DNA of 64,000 nucleotides from Antedon mediterranea (lineage: Eukaryota; Animalia; Echinodermata). How positions within the stretch are numbered: the first letter of the stretch is position 1; every line of letters starts with the position of its first letter. The position numbers were made by a program, and so were the translations under genes. The stretch covers positions 15,224,948 through 15,288,947 of the forward strand of contig NC_092673.1 in the NCBI RefSeq assembly GCF_964355755.1. The letters run 5' to 3'. The notes below the pieces were generated by a model. The model was given only the letters and a program-made list of their open reading frames with translations, searched no databases and was not told where the DNA came from. Positions 13,601 through 25,575 of the stretch are shown here, piece after piece.

Positions 13601-15408
13601 GCAAATCTATCCATGATACGGATACATACATACAGTATACGTTTCATGTATACATGTGTTTGTTTGCCTAAACTCTCTAATTTACTTGAAAAGTTTACTT
13701 TTGATTATCAAGTAGAGATCCGGCAGCCATGTCCTTCTGCTGTTGTGTCTTGGCAAATTCTACAACCAATGTACGTCCCATAACCTTTAGCTGATGTAAC
13801 CTACTTAACGCCTACAGACAAAAATTTTACAAAATATGTCAGAAATATGGGGTACCAACAGCATTATGTACACAAGCGTGGCTTACAGGGATGATGGGTA
13901 TTCTGAGCCATAAATGATTTTGCATAATTTTTGAAATTTTTGATGTATTGCAGCTTTTTATTTTTTATTTAGTCAATTGTAGTCTTATGTTCATACTTGT
14001 ACATTGTTAAATAATATATAGTGTTTTTAAATATTGTAATTATTATTTTTAATATGAAACGTTTTTATATATTTTTGTACAATTTTGTGAAAAGCACTCA
14101 AAATATTTTCCTATGTGGACGAAATAAAGTTATCATATCAAATAGAATACCAAAATACTAATTGTTAATTTCAGTCCTTTATGTTTCTTCTCTTTTTTAA
14201 CAAGAGGTGGTTGATCATACTACAGTAACTGTTACCAATATCCCCATATTCTTGCTATCCTCTCAAAATTTTAACCATGGATGGTTGTTATATACAGTAT
14301 TACTATTTTACATAGGCATACTACAAACATACCTGTAGTACACTTTACATAGGTTACTCAAATTCACATTGCAAGCTGTTTGTTTACTTCAGAAGATATA
14401 CTTCATATAATGCAGTAGATAATAAGTACAAATGGTTGTCTACACTATCAAACTTTATGTGACAAAAAAAATGTGATGTGCCCACATCACACTTTTTTTT
14501 GGTCAAACTAGCTTGATAGTGTAGACAGAGCTTTAGTTCAATCCCATTACAAGAATATGCAACATTCTTACATTTTCAGCTGACTCTTCATCTTCAAAGG
14601 TAGCAAATGCTGTGTGTCTCTGAGAAAAAAAATAACAAATATATTTACAAATTAAAACAAAAATTTCTATGATTAGAGGTTGGAAAAAACAAATAGGTAA
14701 AATATGTGAAAAAGTATTGAAACATGCATATCAAAAAAATACGGGTAATTTATTTTAAAAAAACCTTCCATCAATAAATACCCTACATGTAAATTCATGT
14801 CAATTGTATGACGCACTATACAACCCATTAGAGAGGTGCATTATTTCTCCAATGTGCATCATACCTTATGTATACCATGACGCACCCCTGTGTGACACAC
14901 ATTTTTAATTAGTGACGGACCTTTTAGAGAACAATGACGCACCTACCATGACTACTATTTGTTTTCGTTTCATGACAGTTGGTCAATTTTTAAATCTAAA
15001 GTTCTTAAAGCTATTTAATTTTGACATTTTTGTATGTTTCATATTGTATTTTTCTGTGTTTTTACATATATATTATATCTAAATATATATAAATAAGGCA
15101 TCCTATAATCGGCTATTTTTCGCCGTTGGATGTAGTTGAAATAAAATGACAAAAAAAAACCAGTGACACACCATTGTTCATTGAGGTGGATGTACCAATT
15201 AGGATTTTTGACACACCCCATCATCATTAATTCCGGCTCTCGGGGGAGTGATTGTTTATTTTAAGATCCTATTTACCAAACATCCTTTGTTAGATAGACA
15301 CTTGACACCCACTGCTCCAAAGTGCTGCAATAGGCTTTGCTTATCAGCAGTCGTAAGTTCATCTGGAAGATGTCGCACAAGTAAAACATTCTTTTCTGAT
15401 CCACCCAT
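7671..15408 (-). CDS. RNPC3: U11/U12 snRNP 65-kDa protein (RNPC3), ~487 aa, 10 coding exons: 15408-15277, 14619-14572, 13811-13699, 13266-13150, 12844-12557, 12333-12092, 11488-11306, 10467-10314, 9718-9586, 7724-7671
   Basis: Exons join in frame with GT-AG ends. RRM1 (LLVRHLPDEL...RHTAFATF...LSRLHQLKVMGRTLVVEFAK), signature ANIINALVSVPKFYTQVLHLMNKMNLPAPFG, and RRM2 (GEPTTRLYIKNL...LMTQGRMKGQAFVSLP...GKPIVVQFARS). Confidence 0.93.
7725..9585 (-). other. U12-type (minor spliceosome) GT-AG intron, last coding intron of RNPC3
   Basis: 5' splice site GTATCCTTT (9585-9577). Branch-like TTTTCCTTCAT (7746-7736) about 11 nt before CAG, with no polypyrimidine tract. Splicing restores IVV|QFARS. Confidence 0.85.
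8325..9440. repeat. Minisatellite, ~48-57-bp units, ~1.1 kb
   Basis: Repeats of AGCATACATTATTGTCACCAACATAACCATGAAATCATAGTCACTGTC and variants. Confidence 0.95.
9875..10195. mobile_element. MITE (GTCTACAC..TCAAACT family) with a nested TA-flanked MITE at 9940-10114
   Basis: Outer ends GTCTACACTCTCAAACT / TTTGATAGTATAGAC are shared with the hairpin at ~14438-14533. Inner element TA|CAGGGAATAATTTC...GAAATTTTTCCCTG|TA. Confidence 0.6.
12907..13050. mobile_element. hAT-type MITE
   Basis: CAGTGGC.TAA / TTACGCCACTG TIRs with a perfect 8-bp TSD AGAGTCAG (12899-12906, 13051-13058). Confidence 0.85.
14438..14533. mobile_element. Short palindromic MITE remnant
   Basis: GTCTACACTATCAA...TTGATAGTGTAGAC hairpin; same family as 9875-10195. 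Confidence 0.55.
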
Positions 15409-15694
15409 TTTAACCACGTTTTACCATGTAAACAGTTACAAATGTAAATATTATTTAATCTGTAAAGCAAACATTTTTTTAATTTATATTAATAACTAAT
15501 ACAAGAAGCAAACAGTTTCCAAGTACAGTATTGTCATTTGTTTACCTCTATTATTTATGCACTAGGCCTGGGATCTATCTTGGCCAAAAGGCTGGTCACG
15601 GTGTAGTACAGTAGTAAGCATAGATAGGCTAGTAGTAGACTTAGACTTGATCTAACGTAACTAGCTAGGCCTACAACAGTACACAGAGTAGGCC

Positions 15695-18004
15695 TGTCAC
15701 GACAAATATGGTCCGGGGCCAAAATCGGTCCGCCCGGACCAGTTTTTTGGCTCTAAACTTGTGGCCAAAAGCAGTCCCCCAAAGGCCAAAATCGGTCCGG
15801 GTTTTTCTTCTGTCGATTTTAATTGAATTACTACAGTACTGACTACAAATCATGTACCATAACCCGCGTTTGTCGCGCGTGTAAAATATGTGTAATTGCC
15901 GCGTGCCTGTATTTGCCGTGTGGACCATGACGTCATCACTTTGTAGCTTTTTACTGGTAAAATATGGAACTCCCGGTACGACGCCGCGACAACACACACG
16001 TGGGTATCAGTTTGTTTTGTTTCTATTGTTTAGGCCTACCATCATATTTATGTAATCTGAACCCGCCCGTTACTGTATGTAACAAAGTTTATTTTTTCTC
16101 TATTGTTTAGGCAAACAATAAATAAGAAAGTTTATAGAATTCATGTAAATCGGGGTTTTGTTTAGAGTTCACGTCGTATTATTTTAATTTTTATATAATG
16201 TGAGGCGTACAGTGAGAAGTGTACAACAGGGAGGCTAGATAGAATAGAGAGCTACTGTACCTAAGCCCCCCACAAAAAAAAACATATTTAGCGATCTTTA
16301 ATAGGTCAATAAATAGCCTAATAATAGTAAAATCATAAAATGATGTTTCCTTGTATTTTCGTAACCAAAAGCCAAATATTTAAATTAAAATACAGCGCTA
16401 GTGTTTTAGGCCAAGTACAGTATTCGCTCAACTGTGACTGTGAATGGGTTTTCCGCCGCTCAGTGTAGAAAGTAAAATTATTACGTTCTTCTAACACGTT
16501 TATTACATGTCTTTAGTATATTTCTATCTAACATGTCTGCATTGTATACTTGCTTTATACATTCTCTGCTTATGAAACGACTTAATAAGTTGCTAAATTG
16601 ACGTTTAAAGCAGATATTTGTCTGACATCAGCCCATTTTTATAATGAAAACAAAACAAGGTTCCGAAAATGGTACAGTCCAAAATGAGGTGTGCAATTAA
16701 ATAATATCAACGTAAACATATGCGCACGGTATCGGGGCTGTAATTATAAGAGAACTGATTTCCCCTGGACGGGAAATGGTAAAAACTTGTATTTATTCGA
16801 CCTCGCTTCTCTCTCGCTCTGGCTGTGTGTGTGCGGGAGGAGAATCGCTCCAACGTGGTTTCGTGGAGCGATTAATGGTCCAGTCCGTAACAGGGGTGTA
16901 CATTAGTTACCGCGCTAAATACATGCATGTCAATACTGGCGTTGTAATACTATATAAATGTTTTCCTCCCCGACGGGGAATGGTAAAACCTTTATGTTAT
17001 TATTTGGCCTAGCAACTGTGTGTACTCAATGGATGAACTCTACAACGTGGTGCGTACAGAAAGTACGTCATTCGGCCACCAGCAACGATCGTGTTTTGAA
17101 AGATATTGTTGGGTCTTTTCTACCTTGTTTTTTTTAATGAGTTTTCTCAAATACTTAATAAATATGACTTAAAAATATATATAAACAAACCCTGAAAGCA
17201 AACTAGGCCTAGAATAGTAGTACTGTACTCCCGGTAGTAGGCCTACTAACTAGGACTATTTTCAATCACAGACATAATTGCATCATGATTCATGGAGGTT
17301 TTTACCTCCATGATTGCACTATGATAAATAAATCGATTTTTTATTTCAAATAGGCCTATATTTTGTTATATAAAATGCTGTTATCCTGTACTGTAATTCC
17401 AGTTATTGTCTGTTTGATGATAATAATATATATGAACAAAACATCAACAAATTATAAATACAGTTCGCTGCAGTTGAATTACTCAATGCAGTAATGCATG
17501 AGTGAATATGGACAGTATTGTTAGTACCTAATTACACGCGAGTCACGCGTTTTTCACACCCGTGTAAAATGTGTGGGCTTGGTATATGATATGTAGTCAG
17601 TACTGTAGGCCTATGTTGCTGTTTCTAAGTTGTTTATGGCTAGAAAAATATCCCATGATATATAAGTAAGTTATCTTGTCGAATAAATACTAATTAACTA
17701 TAAATAAATGTATTTTATCTTATATTAGTTTTCAATATGACTTAAATCATGGCCTTTTTTAAAATGATATGTAACATTACGACTCATTTTGCGCACCAAA
17801 TATTTGGAAAACCGGACCATATTTGGCGGCCAAAAAACAGTCCTATACTACAGATTTTATCCAGGCCGGACCAGTTTTGGCGGCCAAAATTGGTCCGGCC
17901 GGACAGGTTTTGGCAGCCATAAATGGTCCCCTGCCTGGACTGATTTTGGCAGCCAAAACTGGTCCGCCGGACTGATTTTGGCCCGGACTGATTTGGGTGT
18001 GACA
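15695..18004. mobile_element. Non-autonomous DNA transposon, Ginger-like (TGT...ACA ends, 4-bp TSD)
   Basis: GGCC|TGTCAC...GTGACA|GGCC; ~60-bp imperfect TIRs; subterminal GGACCAGTTTTGGC repeats (17810-17990); a second inverted pair at ~15835/~17600; no transposase ORF. Confidence 0.7.
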
Positions 18005-18404
18005 GGCCTAAGTAGGCCCGGCCTAGCTAAGGCTAGGCCTAGTACTAAAGTAGGCCTAGCATAGCCTAGCCTATATAGGCCAGGCAGGGCCAGGCCACCC
18101 TGCAGGGGAGGGCCTAGGCTAGGCCTAGGCCTAGGCCTAGAGCTAGCCCTCTAGGCCTACTTTGTCTTGGCTTCCCTGGGTAATGATAGTAAGTATGATG
18201 ATGATGATAATGATAAAACCAAAATAAAAAGGAAATTAGAAAAAGAAATCAATGTAAATTTACCTAGGCCTAGGTTCTAGTAGTAATAAAGTACAACAAC
18301 AACAAAAAACAGCATGCTATATGCCATAGAACTTGATAGGCTACATAGAGGGCGCACTCAATTTGTTTTTCTTCTGTTTTTTCGGTCTTAGTTCTCGACA
18401 AGAG
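18005..18404. promoter_or_regulatory. Probable bidirectional promoter for RNPC3 and HtrA2, including a putative non-coding first exon of RNPC3
   Basis: Minus-strand donor CTAG|GTAAAT at ~18263 could splice to the acceptor TTTACAG at ~15460 just upstream of the RNPC3 ATG. HtrA2 ATG at 18405 sits in YY1-like AGATGGCG/AAAATGGC. Dense TAGGCCTA cluster. Confidence 0.55.
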
Positions 18405-20842
18405 ATGGCGCTTTATTTCAAAATGGCAGCCTCCATAATAAGAACGTCTATAATCTCATATGTTGGAAGAAAGAGTTTTGTACGTTTATTTGATAATAAA
18501 GCGTCACTTTGTATGCGCCAAATGTATAAGAATGTACCTATAAGGACAATTACACAAAAGAAGATGGATGAAAATAGACGAAAATATTGGTTATCGACAG
18601 GAACATTTGCAGGCCTGATTGTTGTGCTCGTCTTTGCTAGTCCCTACCTTCCAGGCTTCATCGAAGCCCCTAGGCATTGGGAACCCAGAAGGGACAAAAA
18701 AAGAAGAAACTTACAGCAAAAAGAAGCTGGAATTGAAGTAGACGAAACAATTGATGACACCCCTCGTAAACCGCATCCAGGTTTGCGTTTACCCCGAGTG
18801 AAAGCTTTGGAGATAAATGAAAACAATAATAATGATGATGAGAAAGGCAAAGGGTCAAAATCAATTTCAAATCGATTCAATTTTATAGCAAATACAGTAG
18901 ATCTTGCAGGTCCAGCAGTCGTGTATATAGAAATGCAAGGAAGGTAATGTCATTACCAACATTAATAAAACAATTAGTCCCTTAAGAAATATCAATGTAA
19001 TAACACAATGCAAGCAAGAACTAGGCCTAGTTTAAGAAATAAATTACTGTACGCCAAATCCCAAATGAAACTTTTCAGGGCTTCCAGTTAAGTAGGGGGA
19101 ACTCATAAAATTACCAAACATACAGCAGTAATCCACATCTTTTTTTATAGGCATCCATTTCACAGAGGTCAAGTTCCGATGTCAAATGGCTCGGGCTTTC
19201 TAGTCTCTGATGATGGCTTGATATTGACAAATGCTCACGTTGTTGCCAATGGACAGCAAAGTAAGGTTAAAGTTCGACTGAAGGATGGTACAGTTTACGA
19301 AGGTAGAGTCATCGCCGTCGATTCTGTTTCTGACCTGGCGACTTTAAAAATTAATGTTGTAAGTGAAGAATAATTACAATATCTTTAAATAAATGTTAGT
19401 TGTAATTTTATTGCATTTAAAATATATATTCAATTTCATTACAGTTTTCTGTGTCTTGTGTTTTAGAAAAAAAAAGTTCCAAAATTAAAAATTGGAAAAT
19501 CATCACTGTTAAGGCCTGGAGAATGGGTTGTTGCTATGGGAAGCCCTTTGTCTCTTAGCAACACGATAACTGCCGGAATAGTAAGCGCTGTTAGTCGGAC
19601 AAGCAAAGAACTTGGATTAAACAAAGATATTGACTATATCCAGACTGATGCTGCAATTACTGTAAGTTGTAAATGTGCACAGTCTTGATATAAATTTATA
19701 TAGAAAGTAAATATTTGTGGAATATTCAATTCAATATCTTTATTCATCAATACAATACACAACAAAAGAAAGAGTAAACAATTTAATGAAGATGCAAGTG
19801 ACCTCTAAGAAACCCCAGGGGCCTGTTAAAAAGTAACTTTTTTTTTTGATTGACAGTATGGTAACTCCGGCGGTCCTCTGGTGAACCTAGATGGTGAGGT
19901 AATTGGAATCAATACCATGAAGGTTACCGCTGGTATTTCCTTTGCTATACCAATTGATTACGCTTCAGATTTTATTGAAGAAAGCAAGAAAATTGTCAAC
20001 AGTAGGTTGAAGTAGATGTAGTTCAATTACTTCAGAAATGCTATATTCTATGTTTCTTTATACAGCAGTAAAGAACTGAACTCAAAAGTGTATTATAGAT
20101 GTATAACTTGGGATAATACTTTTCCTTCAGAATCGAATTCTTCAAGCTGGTTCACTAGTAATAACACTCCAGCCGTCAAGGGATCACAGAAATGTTACTT
20201 GGGCATCACTATGCTTTCTTTAACGCAGCAGATAATTTTAGAACTTCAACAAAGATCTCCAGATTTTCCAGATATTCATCAAGGAGTTCTTGTTTATAGA
20301 ATTGCATATGGATCACCAGCACACAAGTAAAATACAGTAGTTATTAATCCATGCAAAGCAATCTAACAACAGGACGCTGAGCTTGCCTTGCCAAGATAGG
20401 AACTCGTAACAGTCCTTTGATCTTATGTCTGGCCGCGACAAATACCAACAGTACTGTACTATGTACATATTCTCTACGGCGCTCTCCGTCTGTTACGTGT
20501 TCTGGAACTGATCGTGTCGCAGCCACAGATAAACCCTTTGATCTCCAGAGCTCAGCATCCTGTTGTAAGATTGCCTTTCTCCATTGTTGTAACAAATTGT
20601 GTTAAATGTATAACTACAGTAGTCAATAACAGTTTAGCTTCTTCTAGATAACGTAGCCCATTTTTGTTTCTGTTTGTAGAGGTGGTTTACAACCAGGTGA
20701 TATCATCACTCACATTGACAAGGAACAAATCAAGACGTCAAAAGAAGTGTACAATGCTGTAAAGAGTGAAAAACAATTAAAAATCTCTATCATTCGAGGT
20801 CAAAAGGTCATGCAGCTGTCAGTAACTCCTGAAAGTATTTGA
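18405..20842 (+). CDS. HTRA2: Mitochondrial serine protease HtrA2/Omi, ~481 aa; exons 18405-18943, 19151-19358, 19467-19661, 19857-20001, 20131-20326, 20680-20842
   Basis: Basic presequence and TM segment, then FNFIA...[14 protein letters not shown], catalytic TNAHVV (His), SDLA (Asp) and [19 protein letters not shown] (Ser), and a C-terminal PDZ (YLGITML...[15 protein letters not shown]). Exons join in frame. The start could be ATG 18423. Confidence 0.93.
20358..20574. other. GC-rich intronic element with three interleaved inverted repeats (structured RNA or MITE; unresolved)
   Basis: 20358-20383 pairs with 20549-20574 (24/26); 20400-20412 with 20490-20502 (12/13); 20423-20440 with 20515-20532 (15/18). 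Confidence 0.6.
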
Positions 20843-22632
20843 GAATCATTAATTAAATAAATATATGTGGTGCAGTAAATAGTCAATCCTACAACCAAAC
20901 TAAAATAATACTATAATCTTTGAAAACTAATCTTAGAAAACGCAAACAGCATGTTATCCTTTAGGAAAAAACAGATTTCTTCTTTACGTATTCTGGAAGT
21001 GTTATTTTTAAACTAAAATGTATTTGTTTTCATTTTGAAATAAAGATATATAATGGACATTTTTTACCAGCTATCTATCTGATTAGAAATAATAATACAG
21101 TACTTATCCACTTTTTAAAAGAAAGTAAATGGAACGCCCTCTATTGGTATTACCTCGCATACCATACGATTTGGCCCCATCTGTTTTATTATTTACAATG
21201 GCGTGCTTATATAAACCGATACCATACAATCAGTGTTCATACTTTACCTAAACTCTGAACATTAATTAAATGTACTTATATTACCCCCTCATATTATAAA
21301 AGAAACAATTGTAAGATTACGTCATCTATACCATTGTCTAAATTAATACCACGTAGTCTTTTAATAACTACAACAATATTATTGCATTATATAGTGAAAC
21401 TCATTCAAATCGAGGTAAGTAGGTTACCTTTTAAATTCAATTCATTTTAATTGGCCTTTAAGTAGGCTATTCTATGCAACATAAACACGTATAATAGATG
21501 ACATTCTAATCGCCGCTGTATACTTTACTGAATCTAAACTATTCCATATTTTTCAAACAAATAACACAATTGTAACATTTAAGGTAATTTTAGCATTTAT
21601 ACCTAGAGTGCCTAACTATTGTCCTACATAATAATAATAGGTTATTCTCGTGAGAAAATAGAATAAACTTGAATTAAGCAAAGGGCCATGAAAATGAAAT
21701 CAGTTCGTTATCTTCTCATCCTTATTAATCTTGTATATGCCCTCTACCTGTTACTCATGGGGATATGTTATTTGGGTTATCAAATATTCGTGGAAAGAGA
21801 ACTTCTGTGGGTCTGTTTCGTTCATCAAATGGGTGGATCAACTACTATTGTCACTTGATTCGATAACATGTATGGAATAATGTCACTTATAGCCTTGTGA
21901 TTGACCTACAACATCTGGATATGTCGGGTCAATGAGGGACATTTCCTGACATAGTGCTTATACTACCTATATCTACTTTAGAAAAAAACAATACTAACTC
22001 TAAAAATAATGATAATATCAATTACAGAACGTCAAATCACAAGATTAAGTAGGCCTACATATGAACATTACTCATTTCTATGATTGTTGTCAGCCAACTT
22101 CAAGCATTCTTCTCATCAACTTGTCATCATCAAGTGGAGGTTACCTTGGCAACTCTTTGATTTCATTTTATTTTTCTACCACACTTCTTCAGGCAAACTT
22201 TTACCACTAAGGCGGAACCGGTAAGGTATACACTCTACAGAATACTAAGTGTTATGTTTGTTATTTAATAAGAACACATTAAATAGTTTAGGCCTATTTA
22301 GTTTTAAAATACATTAAATCATTAAAGATATTGTCTCCATGAAAAACAACTTTTTAATTTTGTTTGTGTTGAATATGTCATTTTATGTCACATAGTTATT
22401 AAATTTGACGACAAAAAAAAAAAAGAAATTGGATATAAAATAGTATTTACCTAAAGAAACTGTAATTTAAAGCAAATGGGTTTTGTTGAATTTAACCGTT
22501 CAATTTGTCATTTTATAAAGTGAAAACGTTAATTTCGGTGTTTTTTTTGTACGAAAGTGATTGACCCATTCAATCTGATTTTATTAATTTCATGTTTTTT
22601 GTGGACATACATCTTTAATATAATTCTATATA

Positions 22633-24282
22633 CTAGATGGCACGCTCGCTTCGCTCGCGTACCATCTAGGTCGTGCCCACAGATGGTTCTCGAATACACA
22701 GTATTTCCAGCGAGAAAAAAATGGAGATTTCAAATGTACGTACTGCAGGACTATAATACATTGTCGTTTACAGAAACGAATAAATATACACAATGATTTA
22801 TGTAGTCAACCAAAATTAGCACCCTGAGAATTACTTCCGAGAGAGAAACAAAATGAGTCAAATTTTTTTATTTGGACTCATTTAAACAAACCCAATTTGT
22901 GTTTTGTATGTAACATTAAGGGTTGAGGGATGGGGGAAGAAGATAGGTACAAAGAGGAAACATTTTAAAATATATTCTTATCCACTCAGTAACGAAATAT
23001 TGTTTTTAATGTTTTATAGGCCTATAAATAATATACCACTAAATACAGTAAAACATTTACGACTTAATACGGTACTTTGTTAAAACTCTCACTGTCATAG
23101 TCGATTGAAATAGTAAAGTACATGTAACGATACACCACTACGACGTTTATATATTTTTAAATTATTAATTAATACAAACGTTGAGAAGCAACTGTCAGTA
23201 ATAACTTTTTTTTAAATTTTTTTATTTGGACTCATTTAAACAAACCCAATTTGTGTTTTGTATGTAACATTAAGGGTTGAGGGATGGGGGAAGAAGATAG
23301 GTACAAAGAGGAAACATTTTAAAATATATTCTTATCCACTCAGTAACGAAATATTGTTTTTAATGTTTTATAGCCCTATAAATAATATACCACTAAATAC
23401 AGTAAAACATTTACGATTTAATACGGTACTTTGTTAAAACTCTCACTGTCATAGTCGATTGAAATAGTAAAGTACATGTAACGATACACCACTACGACGT
23501 TTATATATTTTTAAATTATTAATTAATACAAACGTTGAGAAGCAACTGTCAGTAATAACGTTTATTTATTTGTATATTATATGTTTATAATCTAACAGTA
23601 GGGCCTACCCACACTCACAGTAATAAAGTTTATTTGTATATATTTTTATATTACATCTAACAGTACCAACACTCACAGTAAGAAATTTGCGATTCAAATT
23701 GCGATCAAAAGTGGTTAATACCTTAACAGTATTGTACAGCATAGCAATACTATTTATGTTTATTCTCCAAGGGGGCCCATAAATCTAAATCTATACCTGT
23801 ATGGTTAAACCAAATAATTTGGAATGTTCCATTCATCACAAATCAATACATTTGTAAAAACGTATATTAAATGTATCAAAATAGTATTTTTTAAAGAAAA
23901 TCGGCCTGTCTTCAACATTATGATGGTGTACTCTAGCTGTTCAACCGGTTTTCAGCTATTAAAAACAATTATCGTAGGAGGAGATAGGAAAATGCGAAGC
24001 CTCCTCGCATTTTTGTGGCGGGTATTTTTCAAGACGGACATCCATTATACAGTGTATACCACGGTCGGAAAACACCCCTATTTGGGGCAAATCTTGGAAC
24101 CTAAATTCGTTTTAACCGTCAATAACTTATTATCTAACTTAATTTAATTAGTAAACAGGGTTACATCAGGTGGTTAAAATCAGTACCGAAAGTACGAACC
24201 AACTTTATATACCATCGAGTAAAAATTATAGAAGTAAGGCACGATTTACCGAATTTTGCCCTTACGTAAATTTATATATAGA
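22633..24282 (-). mobile_element. Non-autonomous Helitron, copy 2 (complete)
   Basis: Minus strand reads A|TCTATATA...hairpin-CTAG|T: TC start, CTAG end, AT insertion site, no TSD. Has an internal ~355-bp tandem duplication (~22860-23205, ~23215-23560). Confidence 0.88.
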
Positions 24283-25575
24283 TGTGATATTATTAACACT
24301 AGGCTACCACTGCGTTGTTGACATTCTAAAGAATTACATGTTTCTAAACTTTACGTTTACTACGAGGATTGCAGTACGCAAACGATGTACAAAATATCAT
24401 AATTTTAATACAATTATTCAAAATAATTTAGTTATTGATACATCATTGATGTCGATACAATTAACTCACAGATACTAATTTGTGGATAACTTTTGAAAGG
24501 TCATCTTTTTGTATTCTGTTGGACGATCAAAGCGATATACAAAAATGAGATAAGATATATACGAATAAGTTGGGTTTGGTTATTATATTGGATGGTGGCG
24601 TTAACATTTGACGTCATACACATATACTCTAAAATTGCTTCTCCAAATAAGTGACGACTTTAAGGGTCATTCAAGTTAAACTTCTATTCTTTCTTTCACC
24701 TATCTTATCGAATTCAAGTAGGCACGTAATACTGGGAACGGTTACAAGCGGGACCTGTGTGAGATCGCCAAGTACACTTAGTTCTTGAAGTGGGTTAGCT
24801 CAAGAACCAAGCCTAACTGAATCTCTCATCGTCTCTCATGGGTACCTGTAGGTTTATTGTTCTTATAATCTCTGCTAAAACAATTAGAAGGATGCTTCCC
24901 GTATGAATTACTTTTGGCCAATCCTTGTATAGTTGCCTTCCGTTATATGTAACACAAAGCAATTAAATAGTCCTAATAACAACTTATACGCAACCTCGTG
25001 TTACGAAACATTGAATGCATTTGCTTACAATGTTACTGTATGTAGGCATATACTTTTCTGTTTAAATGTAAATAATGGCAATCTAACTTAAGATAATTGA
25101 AACAGACGTTAATTTTTGTTATAGCTTTCAGCAGTGTGCTTCGCTATATATATATATATATATTTTTTTATTATTTACTTTATGATTGGTCGCTTTTTAT
25201 TTTCTTCCGCCCTATTTTCATAATTAGGTTTTCGTATTATTCTTCGTACAGTATAGACTACATTGAGGCTAAAACTTAATAACAAGCTTTCGATGGTGAA
25301 AAGGGGACGGTATACCAAACAAAAACGCGTTGAAATGTGTACCGACCTGCCAAAAATTGTACGGATTTAGCATGACTTAGTGTAAACGGAAAACTAACTT
25401 AACTTACCACAGGGTTCCGGAGTAAAGTATGGTACAATATTTACAAAGCCAGGACATAAACACTTGTTAAACATCATATTCCGTAATTAAGACATTATCA
25501 ATGTTCTAGAAAGAACACCGACTAATATTTAAGTGTGGACTAATTTCACTTTTACATTTTCTATAGGTTTACTTC

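Noticed and set aside
20358-20574. Telomerase RNA or a definite 7SK call for the pseudoknot-like element
   Set aside because: No CTAACCCT template on either strand, and no convincing 7SK 3' hairpin plus oligo-U; left unassigned.
20344-20605. Overlapping ORFs of 83 aa (-) and 62 aa (+) in HtrA2 intron 5
   Set aside because: Non-ATG starts and no recognisable domain; explained by the higher GC of the inverted-repeat element.
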